A DNA stretch of 64,000 nucleotides from Antedon mediterranea (lineage: Eukaryota > Animalia > Echinodermata), in NCBI RefSeq assembly GCF_964355755.1, contig NC_092673.1:35771648-35835647 (forward strand), in the 5' to 3' direction. The notes below the pieces were generated by a model, which had not been told where the DNA came from, ran no database searches, and saw only the letters and a program-made list of their open reading frames with translations. The position numbers and the translations under genes are program-made. Shown here piece by piece: positions 12,698 through 25,200 of the stretch. Position 1 is the stretch's first letter. Each line of letters starts with the position of its first letter.

Positions 12698-13852
12698 TCT
12701 CATGTATGAACAAAACGAAAATTAGCACACAAAATTCGGATATGTATGAAACCAATAGTGTTTATTGATGAATATCAAAGCATAGAATGACGTGAAAATG
12801 ATAACGGAGTTTGTCCGTAGTCTGACTTATTGGGAATTGACTGTTAGCTGGGTCACCTACGTCCTAATCCGCTAATGAAAAATAAACCCAACCAGATATT
12901 ATAAAGCTATAATAAGATTGATTCTAATAAAATGTCACACAAGTATACACGGCAGTCAATGGTACGTCCATTTCTGAGCAGCAGTTTTACGATGGTGACG
13001 TCATACATTACGTAACATACTTCTTTCTCCATTGTTCACGGATTTTAGGACCAGCCTGCTATAACTAAACGATAACTGTTGTATTAAGATTATACTCGTG
13101 AAGATTAAATTAATTATTAATTAATAGCTACGATTGAATAATAATAAATACATCCAAAGCCTTTATTTGGGCAAGGTCAGATATAAGAAATGGTCTAAAA
13201 ATGAATGGAGAAAGAAATATGTATTTGAATGGCGTGAACCATCGTAGACTTACTGCTAGATTCGGCGAAGGTAGTGAGTCTATTCTATAAAACTCAAGTA
13301 GACTCTCTTGCACGACGTCTCGGCCAACTTTTAGAATCTCTTTCCAATTAAGAATTCTAAAATAATTTATTGCAAAAAGGGGAAATACAAATTCAAAAAT
13401 AAACACGTTTTTGTGGTCGTTTGAAAGAAGACGGTATCGCCTCTTACCATGGGGTTAAACGGTATTACGGTTAATATACCCGTTTACTTGAAAACATTAG
13501 TAAAAATAAACCCATTTTCGTTATACGGAAGACGCAATAACGTTATAACAAACGTTATGACGTCACCTTTTCGTAGATATAAAAAAGGTATTGTTATGCT
13601 TCCTGTTTGGAACTAAGTTAATACACAAAGAATGTTCCCTTGACAGTTTGTACACTCACATATTTATAGATGTTCTATAACTAGAAGTATAAATGAAATT
13701 TACATATTGTTATGATCTACATAGGGCATTACCAAATAAGGAGGAATTGCTTATTCAACTCCTATCTTTTACGATAGTCATAATATCGTTTGTACTGCCA
13801 TAGTAGAAACATATAGAAGCATATTTGATACATTTGGTGAGTAGGAGGTGAT

Positions 13853-16800
13853 TTACTTAGATGATTTGACAAGTTCTTCATCCTTGGTTCCATGTTTGAT
13901 GATGCGGACGAACGCGGGATAATTTAGCCAACCATCATCATCAATTGGAGCACCTTTGTACATTTGATCTACTTCTTCCTGAGTGAACCGTTCTCCGCTC
14001 TGCATCATTTTAGTGGCAAAGCTGCAAGACAATTGCATATATTAATATGTGTGTACCTAATTCTAAGGGTTCTCTAACCCTACAGACGCAACGCAACGAC
14101 GTATCGACGCAAAGTGATTTCAGTCAGGCGGGGCAAACACAATTATTAGAAGGGCATTTTCTCACGTAGATTGCGTTACGCTGCGTCGCTAGTGGGAATC
14201 AAACTTTACGTTGCGTCGCTATTTGCGTTGCGCGGCTGGATTTTGTTCTAGTGGGAACCAAGCTTAATGGATGATATCAATGTCGAGAAGCGCCACTCGA
14301 GACTACTACATACGTACCTATATGCGCAGAATGTTTTATGCTGCGTAGTAAAGTGGGCGTCGGGAAAACCAGGGAAGAGTTAAATTACACTCTTCCTTGG
14401 GAAAACGAATGGTCCGTAATGAGAACAACCAATTGAAAAAAAGTGTGACATGATCATGTTTTGATTATTATGACAAATAATTATTTAATGAACTTACTAA
14501 TCCTCATTTATCTTTCCTTTTGCTTCAAGATCAAATAGTTTAAATGCATTTAATATCGTGTCCTCCGCGTCCGTCCCGTTTAGTTTTTCACCAAACAGTG
14601 TTAGAAACATAGTGAAGTTGATAGGTCCTGGTGCATCGGCTACCATCACGTCCAGTTCATCGCTTTTTGGCTCTTTACCTGAAATAGTAAAAACATAATT
14701 ATACAACATGTGCTTTATATCGACCTCGTATTCTAGTTATACTGTTGCAAATCATTTACGCATTCTAATATTATTACAATTATTGTCTACAAATGACGAA
14801 TGGAAGCTCAAATAACCCGTTTATCGCAAATAGCGTGAGGAGGAACACAATGCATGGTGGGAAGGGTTTAGGAGCAAACGTCACGACGCGTACGTACAAA
14901 CAACAAATCACGTACGCGTCGTGACGTTCGCTTCCAAACCCTTGCCACCATGCGTCGTGTACGCTAGTTGCGATAAACCGTATTAATTGCTTCTTGTTGG
15001 TTTAAAGGTTTTTCACGCCTGTTCTCCCGGAACGATTCTGTCAATGTTTCGTTTTCACGACGCTCCACCAGCTATGCGACAATTAATATGCGCGTAGCCG
15101 CGTGAAAACGAAACATTGCCGTTCGACGATTTGATTTGCCGCCGCCCCTACCGGTAACTAGAAGAAAATGACGCATCGCGTCAATCACTGCTATCCAATC
15201 ATAACACGTTATTCTATTACTCACCCATAGAGGCGAACATATCTTGTAAATCCTCTCTGTCAATGAAACCATCACGGTTCTGGTCGATCAATGTGAAAGC
15301 CTAATCATGTTGAAAGATATAAAAATCGTCAAATTATGTATGTAACTTTACAAGGTAAAATACAGAAGCTATTGTACTGGAACGATCAGGCAAATAGCGT
15401 GCGCGAGGCATGATGGGAAGGGTTTGGGAGCAAACGTCACGACGCGTACGTACGTGATTTGTTGTTTATGTACGCGTCGTGACGTTTTGGTCCCAAACCC
15501 TCCCTAAACGTATAGATAGGCTATACAAAAAAATGTTTGAATGATTACCTCTTTGAATTCCTGGATCTGGGCCTGGTCGAACATAGCGAACACATTAGAA
15601 GTGGCACGTTGCGCACGCTTCTTGCTAGACTTTCCCTTCTTCTTTGCGCTGGCCTAAATATCAAACAAATTATGACATGAGTCACGTGAACCCATGAAAC
15701 ATTATACAGACAATTTTATTGGTAAAGTTAACAATTGTCTTGTTGCGCCGAATGTCTGATAGGAGATACACATAGATTATGCATGTAGGTGTTAGAATTT
15801 TGGTAAAATATTTACTGTACAGTAATTAGTTTATTATCCTTGATCCAAAATTGAAGACAAACTAATGGACTGTTGCATTTTGTAGCAGTGGCGTCTTGTG
15901 TAGAGTTTGAAAATTGTTGAAAATAAAATAAAATTTTTAATTAATATGAAATGAAAAATATATACTCTAATTAATTTGTTATAGGCCTATAATTGTTTAT
16001 TTTAGTAAGTGATTTTAGTGGTATCTAAACAATGGTAAACTGTCATGTTTTATGTGACGACAATACATCTTGATACAATACATCTTGATACACAGTGATA
16101 TTATTAATACTGTATAGTATATTGAAATTAATTCACTACAGTAATATTCTATAGAAAAATGTTGAATGAATCGGTTTATATAGATAGCTCCATGCCTAAA
16201 TAAATATATATGTTATCACACTGGTGTATAATTAAAAGGCTACTGGCTACAACGAATTCAAGGAATGCCTTAGGTATTTGCGGAATGTCACGACATGGAT
16301 TAGTGCGCACGAGCGGCGGTCCAGCTCGACATCGCAAAGGTCAATCGTATGGGCAACGCACCCTGGTGCGGGTTATTTACCGATAACCCAAATATGGCAT
16401 GTAGAATTAATAATTACATTTACCTAATGAATTATGAATGTTATCCTCGCTCGGGTTGTAGTATCCGTATTTATACTAGGGATATTATGTTTTTCTACGT
16501 AACGTTTAATGTTGATTTCGGGCGATTTGAAGCTAGGCCTATTCGAAAGAATCTAGGACACCCACCACATTCTTTCGAAATTGAAAGAACAAGTATATAC
16601 GGTACTTAATTCAAGATAAATAGCATACTTAATTTAATTAACACAATTTGAGTTCGGTGATGCTAGTACGACGCCCTCTAAAGGCACGATTCCTAATATG
16701 GTCATCCAGGTCTATTAATGATTGTCTGGTTTAAAGGTGATGTCTATTGTTCGAACATAAAGCGATATTGTATTAAATTCCAGAATAGTCCTAATACATT

Positions 16801-17468
16801 TTTTCTTATTATGATACTGGTTTTCCAATTTGTCACTTCGTTTTACAATCATGTTGTAGGCCTACATTTTGATCTACACTGTGGTAACTTTCTCTAAATT
16901 ATACATACCAGTATTGCCTATAGGCTACGTGACTAATAAATTGTCTATTCGAGACACTGAGTCTAATTTTTGGGAGGGGTGTCGATGCGGCGGAGTGAGG
17001 TGTCAATGCGGCGGGGTGAGGTATGGGCGAGGGGTAGTGTCCTGATTCTGGTGAAAATTATATATTCTTAAATGTTACAACAGGAGGTCGCAGACCTGCA
17101 CTTTTGCCGGTGATCGGTAGGCTACAATATCCAAATTGCATCCGAAAATAAATTTAAATATCGACTTTGTTGGGAAAAAAACATTTTAATCGAGTTTGTA
17201 ATATAATTCCACATGTCGCAACTTTCATCCAATTCAAATTCCTGATATTTCATGGTGAAAATATAATTAATCTTGCAATTAACTCAACTATAATTAAAAT
17301 TAACAAATTATGTTGTGTAAATTGGTAAACAAAAAATGTACATACATACATACATCCATACATGCCCTACAGAAAGTTATGTTTTAAAATGGTACCGTAC
17401 GGTAGCTAATGTGTAATACATATTAGCTATTTGTAGGCACTGAAATAATGTATATAGTTACTCACCAT
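13853..17468 (-). CDS. Myosin regulatory light chain (EF-hand; MYL9/MYL12/sqh-like N-terminus), 5 coding exons, 177 aa
   Basis: Exons 17468-17466 (ATG only), 15653-15549, 15300-15225, 14678-14498, 14021-13853; 534 nt in frame. Motifs [29 protein letters not shown]-hand [43 protein letters not shown]. Confidence 0.96.
14065..14264. mobile_element. MITE family B with duplicated right terminus
   Basis: GACGCAACGCAAC core; CTAGTGGGAATCAAAC and CTAGTGGGAACCAAGCT ends in tandem. Confidence 0.7.
14815..14983. mobile_element. Foldback MITE family C (long palindrome)
   Basis: CGTTTATCGCAAATAGC...GGGTTTAGGAGCAAACGTCACGACGCGTACGT / ACGTACGCGTCGTGACGTTCGCTTCCAAACCC...GTTGCGATAAAC. Confidence 0.8.
15389..15503. 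mobile_element. Foldback MITE family C, partial
   Basis: Same palindromic core as 14815-14983. Confidence 0.75.
16262..16701. promoter_or_regulatory. Candidate muscle enhancer in myosin light chain intron 1 (2 CArG + 2 MCAT)
   Basis: Perfect CArG boxes CCAAATATGG (16388-16397) and CCTAATATGG (16692-16701). TEAD/MCAT GGAATG at 16262 and 16282. Not part of the CArG-bearing MITE. Confidence 0.5.
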
Positions 17469-17584
17469 TTTGATTTCTAAAGGTTGGGACTACTTGACAA
17501 GCGTCGACGCACCAAGAAAAGAGACAACTTGTAATAAGCTACAGGATCATCAACACATCTAAAGGATCTCTCTTCATCAAATTG

Positions 17585-17948
17585 TGACGTCACAGCACAT
17601 TCCTAGCGTCTTCCATTCTCATATTCGGATACCTTTATTAAAAAAAAAAAATTATTATATTCAACTTAACTTAATAATAACGAATGAAAACAAATGAAAT
17701 ATTCCGGAAAGAATACAATTTTCTTTTGTAATATATTTCATTAAACGTTATTTATTTAAAAAATATATAAGAGATATAGATGTACACTTTTTTGTTGTCG
17801 TTTTACCTATGATACAATGGAATAGTCCGATTTGAGGGTATCTTGGAATTCTGGCACTGCCTTATTTAGGCACACATCATACATACAGATCTTGCAGGCT
17901 TTGACAGACATGTATACATTGAAATAGTGTTACCGATACCAAGGAATG
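17585..17948 (-). promoter_or_regulatory. Putative proximal promoter of the myosin light chain gene
   Basis: CRE palindrome TGACGTCA at 17585-17592, MCAT at 17598-17603 and 17943-17948, near-CArG CCTTATTTAGG at 17860-17870, all upstream of the ATG exon. Confidence 0.4.
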
Positions 17949-18891
17949 GTAGGGAACAGAAAAGTCTTTAATCAAAAATAAAAACAAAGACAAATTTAGT
18001 CAGCCTAGTTACACACGTCACGTGTGATAAGAAGTCGGAAACGCGTGCCATACGCATGCGCAAAACACATCGTTTTGGCCTCCTACTGTAAGAGTTTCAC
18101 ATTTAAAATTATATTTTATAATTTAAAATGAACGATACCGAGTAAAGATGATTGTTCGATGTAGGCCTATGAATTGATATATAAAATTGCTTCGGAAATC
18201 GACAAAGTATCACAAACACAATACCAACGTGTGAAGATCATAACCAATTATAGAAAACGTTTACTTTTTCTACTATTCACGGCCTAATTGCTTCAGTCAC
18301 AACATTCTCAGCCTCACACTCTATAAGCTCATTGCCTGAAAGTTTTAACAATTATATTTATTTTCACTTTAGAACAAAATTAAAATGCCTTTTTCCTCTC
18401 TTTTTACTGCCTACAACAAAGCATCTTATTTACTTTTTCATTCCAATGTAGAAAACAAAAGCGTACCATTAACGTTTGTAGGGCACGCTGTAGGGTAGCC
18501 AAAAGTTCTTCATGAAATCATAGTGTTGTAATGTAACGTACAATAAAACAATGCTGCAGTATAACAGTTTACTGCCAACACAAAATAAAATATATGCAAC
18601 AAAAGTCTCCTTTTAAATTGACCGAAGGTGTGCAACAATCATTAATAATATTTAAAACAATTTAAAATATTAAATTTAAACACTTAAAAATCTTCCCAGC
18701 TATAAAAAGCTATTTCGTATTTTATATTTTCCCTATATTTATTTTTATGTCAAATATTTAAGCTGGACCAATACATTTATAATTTATTTATTATGCAATT
18801 TTTTAAATGATGAGGGTCTATCCTAGTTGCCATATATCACCTACAACTCACTTACAAAAACATAAATTGTCCTTCCAATAAAGTAAACAAA

Positions 18892-18927
18892 CAGCGCCAT
18901 CTATCTACAATCGTATTCACTTCCGGG
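18892..18927. promoter_or_regulatory. Promoter-proximal motifs of the 7-TM gene (CTCF-like core and ETS site)
   Basis: CAGCGCCATCTA (reverse TAGATGGCGCTG) and ACTTCCGG ~370 nt upstream of the ATG at 19287, between two head-to-head genes. Confidence 0.35.
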
Positions 18928-19286
18928 AAACAAAAACGTTAGAATAATCCATTTTGAACGGATAAAATATACAATTCAGGATACATTCGAATTGCATTAT
19001 TTTGTTTAAAAAATTAATTTGAAGACAATAAATAAATGTTTATTTGAAATTGTATCAAATATGAATATAATAACTATAGTAGTTGGCAGGAAAAAATTAA
19101 AAAGTAAAACATTCATATACGCACAGCAACTTTATGCAATAGAATAGCCCAATCAGGGCCGATTTAAATGCCAATTTACATACGGTATACCAAACAAACA
19201 AAAAAGAAGCTGTGTTGTTTAAAAAACTGTTACAGCTGATCGGTTGTATTTTAAATTTTAGTTTAAGTGTCAAGTATGCAAAAGTC

Positions 19287-22200
19287 ATGGATACTGTAGA
19301 AAACATTAAATCATATAGGCCTAGACAAATACTACGTGTAATTACGTTAGTTTTGATCATACAGTTAAAGTTTTGTGAACCGGTGTTTGGACGAATTGTT
19401 GACAAGGACGTTTCAATTTCTGTGTACAATGTTCCGTCTTTGATCCTAGCGATGGGCCGAAGTTTCAGTTTTGGCTCCGATTCTAGTTTATTTTTCCAAC
19501 TAACGTGCCCGACCAAGGTAAGCATGATTACTATTAAATATTAATACGTTGATTTGCTAGGCTAACTTAAGTATAGCCTAGTCGACGTAGGCCTAGGCCA
19601 ACAAGGTTGGTAGCTAGTAGATCTAGAAGAGCCTAGCTAGAGGCTACAAATGTCCCAGGTTAATCGCCTGGAAACACAATTGGATACGCCCACCAAGACG
19701 TCAGCTTAATCTCTTGAAATTATGATTGTATAAACCTAGTGCCCAGACAAATAGTTTTATAAATAACTTTAAAATGAAAGTAAACAAAGTAAATGTAATT
19801 TTTCCTATAGTTATTCAGTGCAAGAATCCTACTAAATAATGAATTATTGTTTATTATTTCTTGTTATTTAATTAAATTTACTCAGAGACCTTCCTACACA
19901 GGGCCTACTAAATAATGATTTAATAAATTTACTTGTCGAAGAATTGTTTAAATCCTGTAATGCTGTGCTTTAGGAGATTTATGACTGACTGTCAAAAAGG
20001 TTTTTGAGTGATAATATATTGTGCAGGTACAGTGTTTGAAAAAATCTTTAATGATCACATTCTGTTTCCTTTGATAAGACTTCCTTCCACCAGTACAAAA
20101 TAACAGCTGAGCATACATTTGACTTGGTTTCCTGCACATAAATGTTTTAAAACACATTTGACCTTGCAGTATGAGGTCACCACTGCAATTAGGACTTAAA
20201 TATTCAACTGTACTAATTACAGTAATTTAGCTGTCACATGTGTTGGTACAGTAATTAGATAATTAAACGTTTGTTCTACTACAGCTTTTTTAGTAGTAAA
20301 ATATTAATAGATGTAGCCAATTATAATACTAATTAGTCTTAATAATATTCTCAACAAGACATGAGTATTTATAAATTAGTGATCATTACATCTACAGTAA
20401 TGTCAATCAATTTGTTGCAACATTGTACAATTTCCGGTATGTCTTGTCTTTAATTTATTTTCTTGTTTTAATTAACATTACATTACATGATTACAATCAA
20501 CCAATCAACCAGCACTATTGTTGTAATGTTACGTAACTTTACCCTTCGTGAGACTATAAAGTTGTACATTATTACAATCAACCAATCAACCAGCACTATT
20601 GTTGTAATGTAACGTAACTTTACCCTTCGTGAGACTATAAAGTTGTACATTATTACAATCAACCAATCAACCAGCACTATTGTTGTAATTTTACGTAACT
20701 TTACCCTTCGTGAGACTTTAAAGTTTAAAATTCTATTCATGCAAAGCTTACCTGGATAAACCAACCAAGGCCTTTTCCCTCTGAGAGGAGAACATAATTT
20801 GAAAAGTAAACCCCTCCAAGATAGTGGTATCATCCGTGAGCCATGTGACTTTGCCCATGCATACAACATAATATATCTTTTTGAGATGTCGAAACGCCGA
20901 TTTGTTTTGAAAACCGAGAGAACATACTTTGATCCATTGTGATTGAGACTATTAGTATCAGCAATACAGTACATTTTTTTGTCAATTCTGCTGGAATACG
21001 TTATTAACAATAATATAAAATGTATCTATTTTACTTTAGTTTACTTAAAATTCAAATTGGATAAAAGGGATGTTATACTGTATTAAATCCAGTCTTATGA
21101 TCTATACTTTATGATTTAAAAAGCAATTACCGTAGGTAAAAATGGAATGATACAGTACAATTCAAGAATTGATTGCATCTGATTTGAATCAATGCATTCA
21201 TCATTGTATGTTAATACAACATTAATGTTAACATTCTCTTTTTGACAGAATGATCATTTTAATGTTTATACTGATGTCTACTTATTAGCATGTAGCTATG
21301 GTGACAGGAGGGAGGTAAGTGTTTAAGAGTTGATGATTATTGTTTTGATGCATTTATGATTTCTTTATGACATGTGATAATATTATATTATCATTTTTAG
21401 TAAGACTGTATTACTGTAGTGTACTTGTAGCTTATGTCTTTATCCTAACTAAATGTTATTAAGCATACATTTTGTAATTGTCTATCTCAACGTAGGATGT
21501 GGTTACAGTAATTAACTATACGAAACATTAAATACATGAATCACAGCCTCCTGGGGCTGGGGTTGTTAGCTATAAATGTTTCAACTGGAATCCAATTTAA
21601 GTTTAAAAACCTAGATGGATCATTCTAATCCCACATCAGTCCAGAAATCATTCAAATTAGATAGGTACTTTGTACTTACTTTACACTAAGTACGATATTA
21701 TCATCCCATAAACTACCAGTTGAAATAAATGTCAATATACATTTATTACGAGATCAAATTAATTTGCTAAAGGTCAAACAAAATGTACGTTTGACAGGTC
21801 GTCAGTGTTTTTTCACCTAAGTTGGTTACTAAGTTGGTTACTAAGTTGGTTACTAAGTTGGTTACTAAGTTGGTTACTAAGTTGGTTACTTCATTTAGTT
21901 TGTCGTCAGTTTTTATTATATTTTCAATATGAAACACAGGTTATTGACATTTAAAATCTTTGTTGAATCACTGACTTTAAAATGTTATAGTTAGACAGTA
22001 AAATTATATCATAATCCTACAGTACACAATCTATTAATAGTTACAGCTTAAGAATGATAAAATATGACTAATTTCACCAAAATTACAATGATCACTGAAA
22101 TTCAGTGTATGATTATTTCGGCCGCTGGTTATGAATGCCTACATTCATAACTTTATAATTTACTCACCAAGGCCATAGCGTGAGGTTGAAAACATGCTTT

Positions 22201-25200
22201 AAATAAAATGATTATATAAAATATGACAATCTATGCTGGGAATTACAAATTTCTCATGCTGGCTATGGCCCTGCTCACCATCATCTCATATTGAGTACAA
22301 GGGTTAGGTCAGCTTTAAGAAGTATAGTCTTTACACACCATTGCCTAGAGGGATGGTTTGTTTTTGGCAAGTATGGCGGCTGATATTGCACACAGTGACC
22401 ATAGAGATAATTATCTCTATGCTGTGAGTGACTCAGTTAACACTGTATTGTCAATCAAAATATTAAGCTTTCATTTTGTGGATTAATATATTATGTATAT
22501 CAATAGAAATTGTTTATTACATTTATTTGATAAAAAGGTATCAAAATGGAACAATGATATGCTGATAGGAATGTGTCACCAACTAGGAGAAGTTGAACCA
22601 AACACGCTGGACGGTTTGCCTTGCTTGCATATGAAAGTTCAACAGGCTGCAGACGATCCCGGCTCTTTCTACTTGAATCATACGTTTTCTCGGCAACGCA
22701 ACTTTCTTATCATGACACTGATATGTCCGCCAGTTAAACCAAAACTATCCGGAGTTCTTGTAACTCCGACTACAATCTGTCGGGTAAGGCTTTTTAATGT
22801 TGATATCAATGTTTCAAATCCACATTTCAAATCAGATTAAATTTAATGCGCGGTTAAACTTAACGAAGGTGACATTAAACATTAGTACTGTAGAATAAAT
22901 ATACCATAACTTTAATAATAATTTATAAGTCATCACATGACATTTCATGTATAAATTGCAGAGTAGGAATTAGTATGTACACAGTACTTCATAAATTAAT
23001 ATTTTTTCAAAACATGTTATTTTCGAGGCATTTAATGTTCAGAAAATACATAACATTAATATTTAATGTAACAGACAAATTATTTAATCTTATAAAGTCT
23101 ACTTCTATAAGCAACAAAGAGATAAATGGCAGCTGGACAAACAGCCCAAGGGTACGGAATTGATCAATGATCCTATCCACTACAGTCTACTAACTAATTA
23201 TTACAATACATTTACTGTAATGTGTCGCACCACAACAGTATACTGTACCGTCACAGGAACACATTTGTGCCTTAAATTTATTTTGTTGGTTTTTACTATA
23301 CAACTGTTATTATATTTCATAGCATTTCTACCATATTAAAATTATAAGAAATATTGTAAACAAATTCTTTGCTGAAATAAAATAAAATACAACTTTTGTT
23401 AAGCTCTGTCTACAACTATCAAAAATGTGCCCATATATGGACGTGATGATGTCATATCACTACCATATTTGGGCAAATTACTTCCATTTTTGGGCACATT
23501 TATTTTGTCAAACTACAGTAAATTTATACTGTTGGCAAACTTTTAATGTGATTTGAAGGAATCCACTATTAAATTACAGTACTTCATCATAACAAATATA
23601 TTGTTGAACAACATAGTGATTTACGAGCTAAGTACCTCATTATACTTCTTAAATTTTGCAATATTTGGGGAAACTGCAACCTACATCTGTTAATCGAATG
23701 TAAAGTATCGTACATATTTGACGTAGTTTCTATTTAAGTTTATTAGAATCCTATTAGAGAACACTGACCTGTAAAAAGCACTGATCATGTAGCAAGTTCA
23801 ATAGTATTCAGTTCAATAGTACTCAGTTCAATAGTACTCAGTTCAATATCAATGGTATTCAGTTCAGAGTATTCAAAATCATGAAGATCTATGAACAATA
23901 AAATAAAAGCTGTTATGTCAGTGAATTTAGGGATAAAAAAAATACAACTAGATTAAAAGGATTTACATGATAATGCTGTCAAGCATTTTAATCCCATAAT
24001 TTGAAGTCCATATTACCTCACGACGAATAAATATTTGCATTCGATTACAAACAAGGTATGAAAAGTACTGTACTGTACTGAAGCTCTGTCCACACAAGTT
24101 TTCATCATGTCCATGCATGGGCACGTCACTCCTTTTTTTGTCACATAAGTTTGATAGTATAAACAGAGCTTTATAAATCATTATGTAGTAGTTGGGTCCA
24201 TTTCCTACAGTATGTACAGTTTTGAATCTTAAAGCATTTCAGAATTAAACAGAAGTGATAAGTGAGTGGCAACTATTTTCAATCTTAGTTTTAAAACTAA
24301 AATAGTATACATTCATTTGATCTTTTATTTCGGAATCTCTGATCCATAGAAAGTAAAATTACATAAATAAATTAAAAATAAACAAAACTGTACGGATTAC
24401 TACTAATCACGAATGTACTCATATTTATAAAGGAGTTATTTTCACAATGTTTTTACAAAAATGCGTCAAAGTTAAGGAATCGTGGAAATAAATGACTTCA
24501 CATTTGATAATTAACTTTCATTGACGCATTTCTTTTATTAAAATTTAATACAATAATATTTTCTTTGCTGCGATGTTTATAATAATCTGTCTCCTTTCAA
24601 CTACATTCTATTTGATAGGATTTATGAAACATTAAGCAAAATGAACCTGCAGCTGTTAACAGTAGCATTGCATGAATCAAAGAATTTAATTTAAAGTCCA
24701 TATCACATGCAGCATTGAAATATTCAAACTAATGTTAATTGTATTTCTAAATAATAATAATAATCGATGAAAACTATAACAATGTTTAGCTATTTTTAAG
24801 ACCAACCTGAAGAGGTCGCTATTTGCTGATGTACTCGCACGTTGTTGATGCACAAAGTGCCATGAGCTCCACATGGTGGTGGGGGATACCAGTGCTATTA
24901 TAAGTTTTAATTTTTAATTTAAATTATTATTATTTTACCTTTAATTTGTAAACCTATTGGTTTGTGCCGCTGTTACAAAAGCATCAATCCAAATAAAGTT
25001 ATTAATTTACTCTGGTCTTTCACAGTGCATTCAGACTATAACCTGTAATTGAACCATGTGACTTAAAAGTAGGTCGTCTACATTATTCAGATCACATGAC
25101 ATTTGTTGAAGACTAGCATTCACATTAGCTTAACAAGTATTAATGATTTTTAAAATTGCAAACATTGCCAGCATTCGGCGGTGATACGTTCTGTTAGTGT

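Noticed and set aside
19097-19525. 142-aa minus-strand ORF, and the 175-aa ORF at 20483-21010
   Set aside because: The first is the antisense shadow of the 7-TM gene's first exon. The second is partly a 78-bp repeat and has no recognisable domain.
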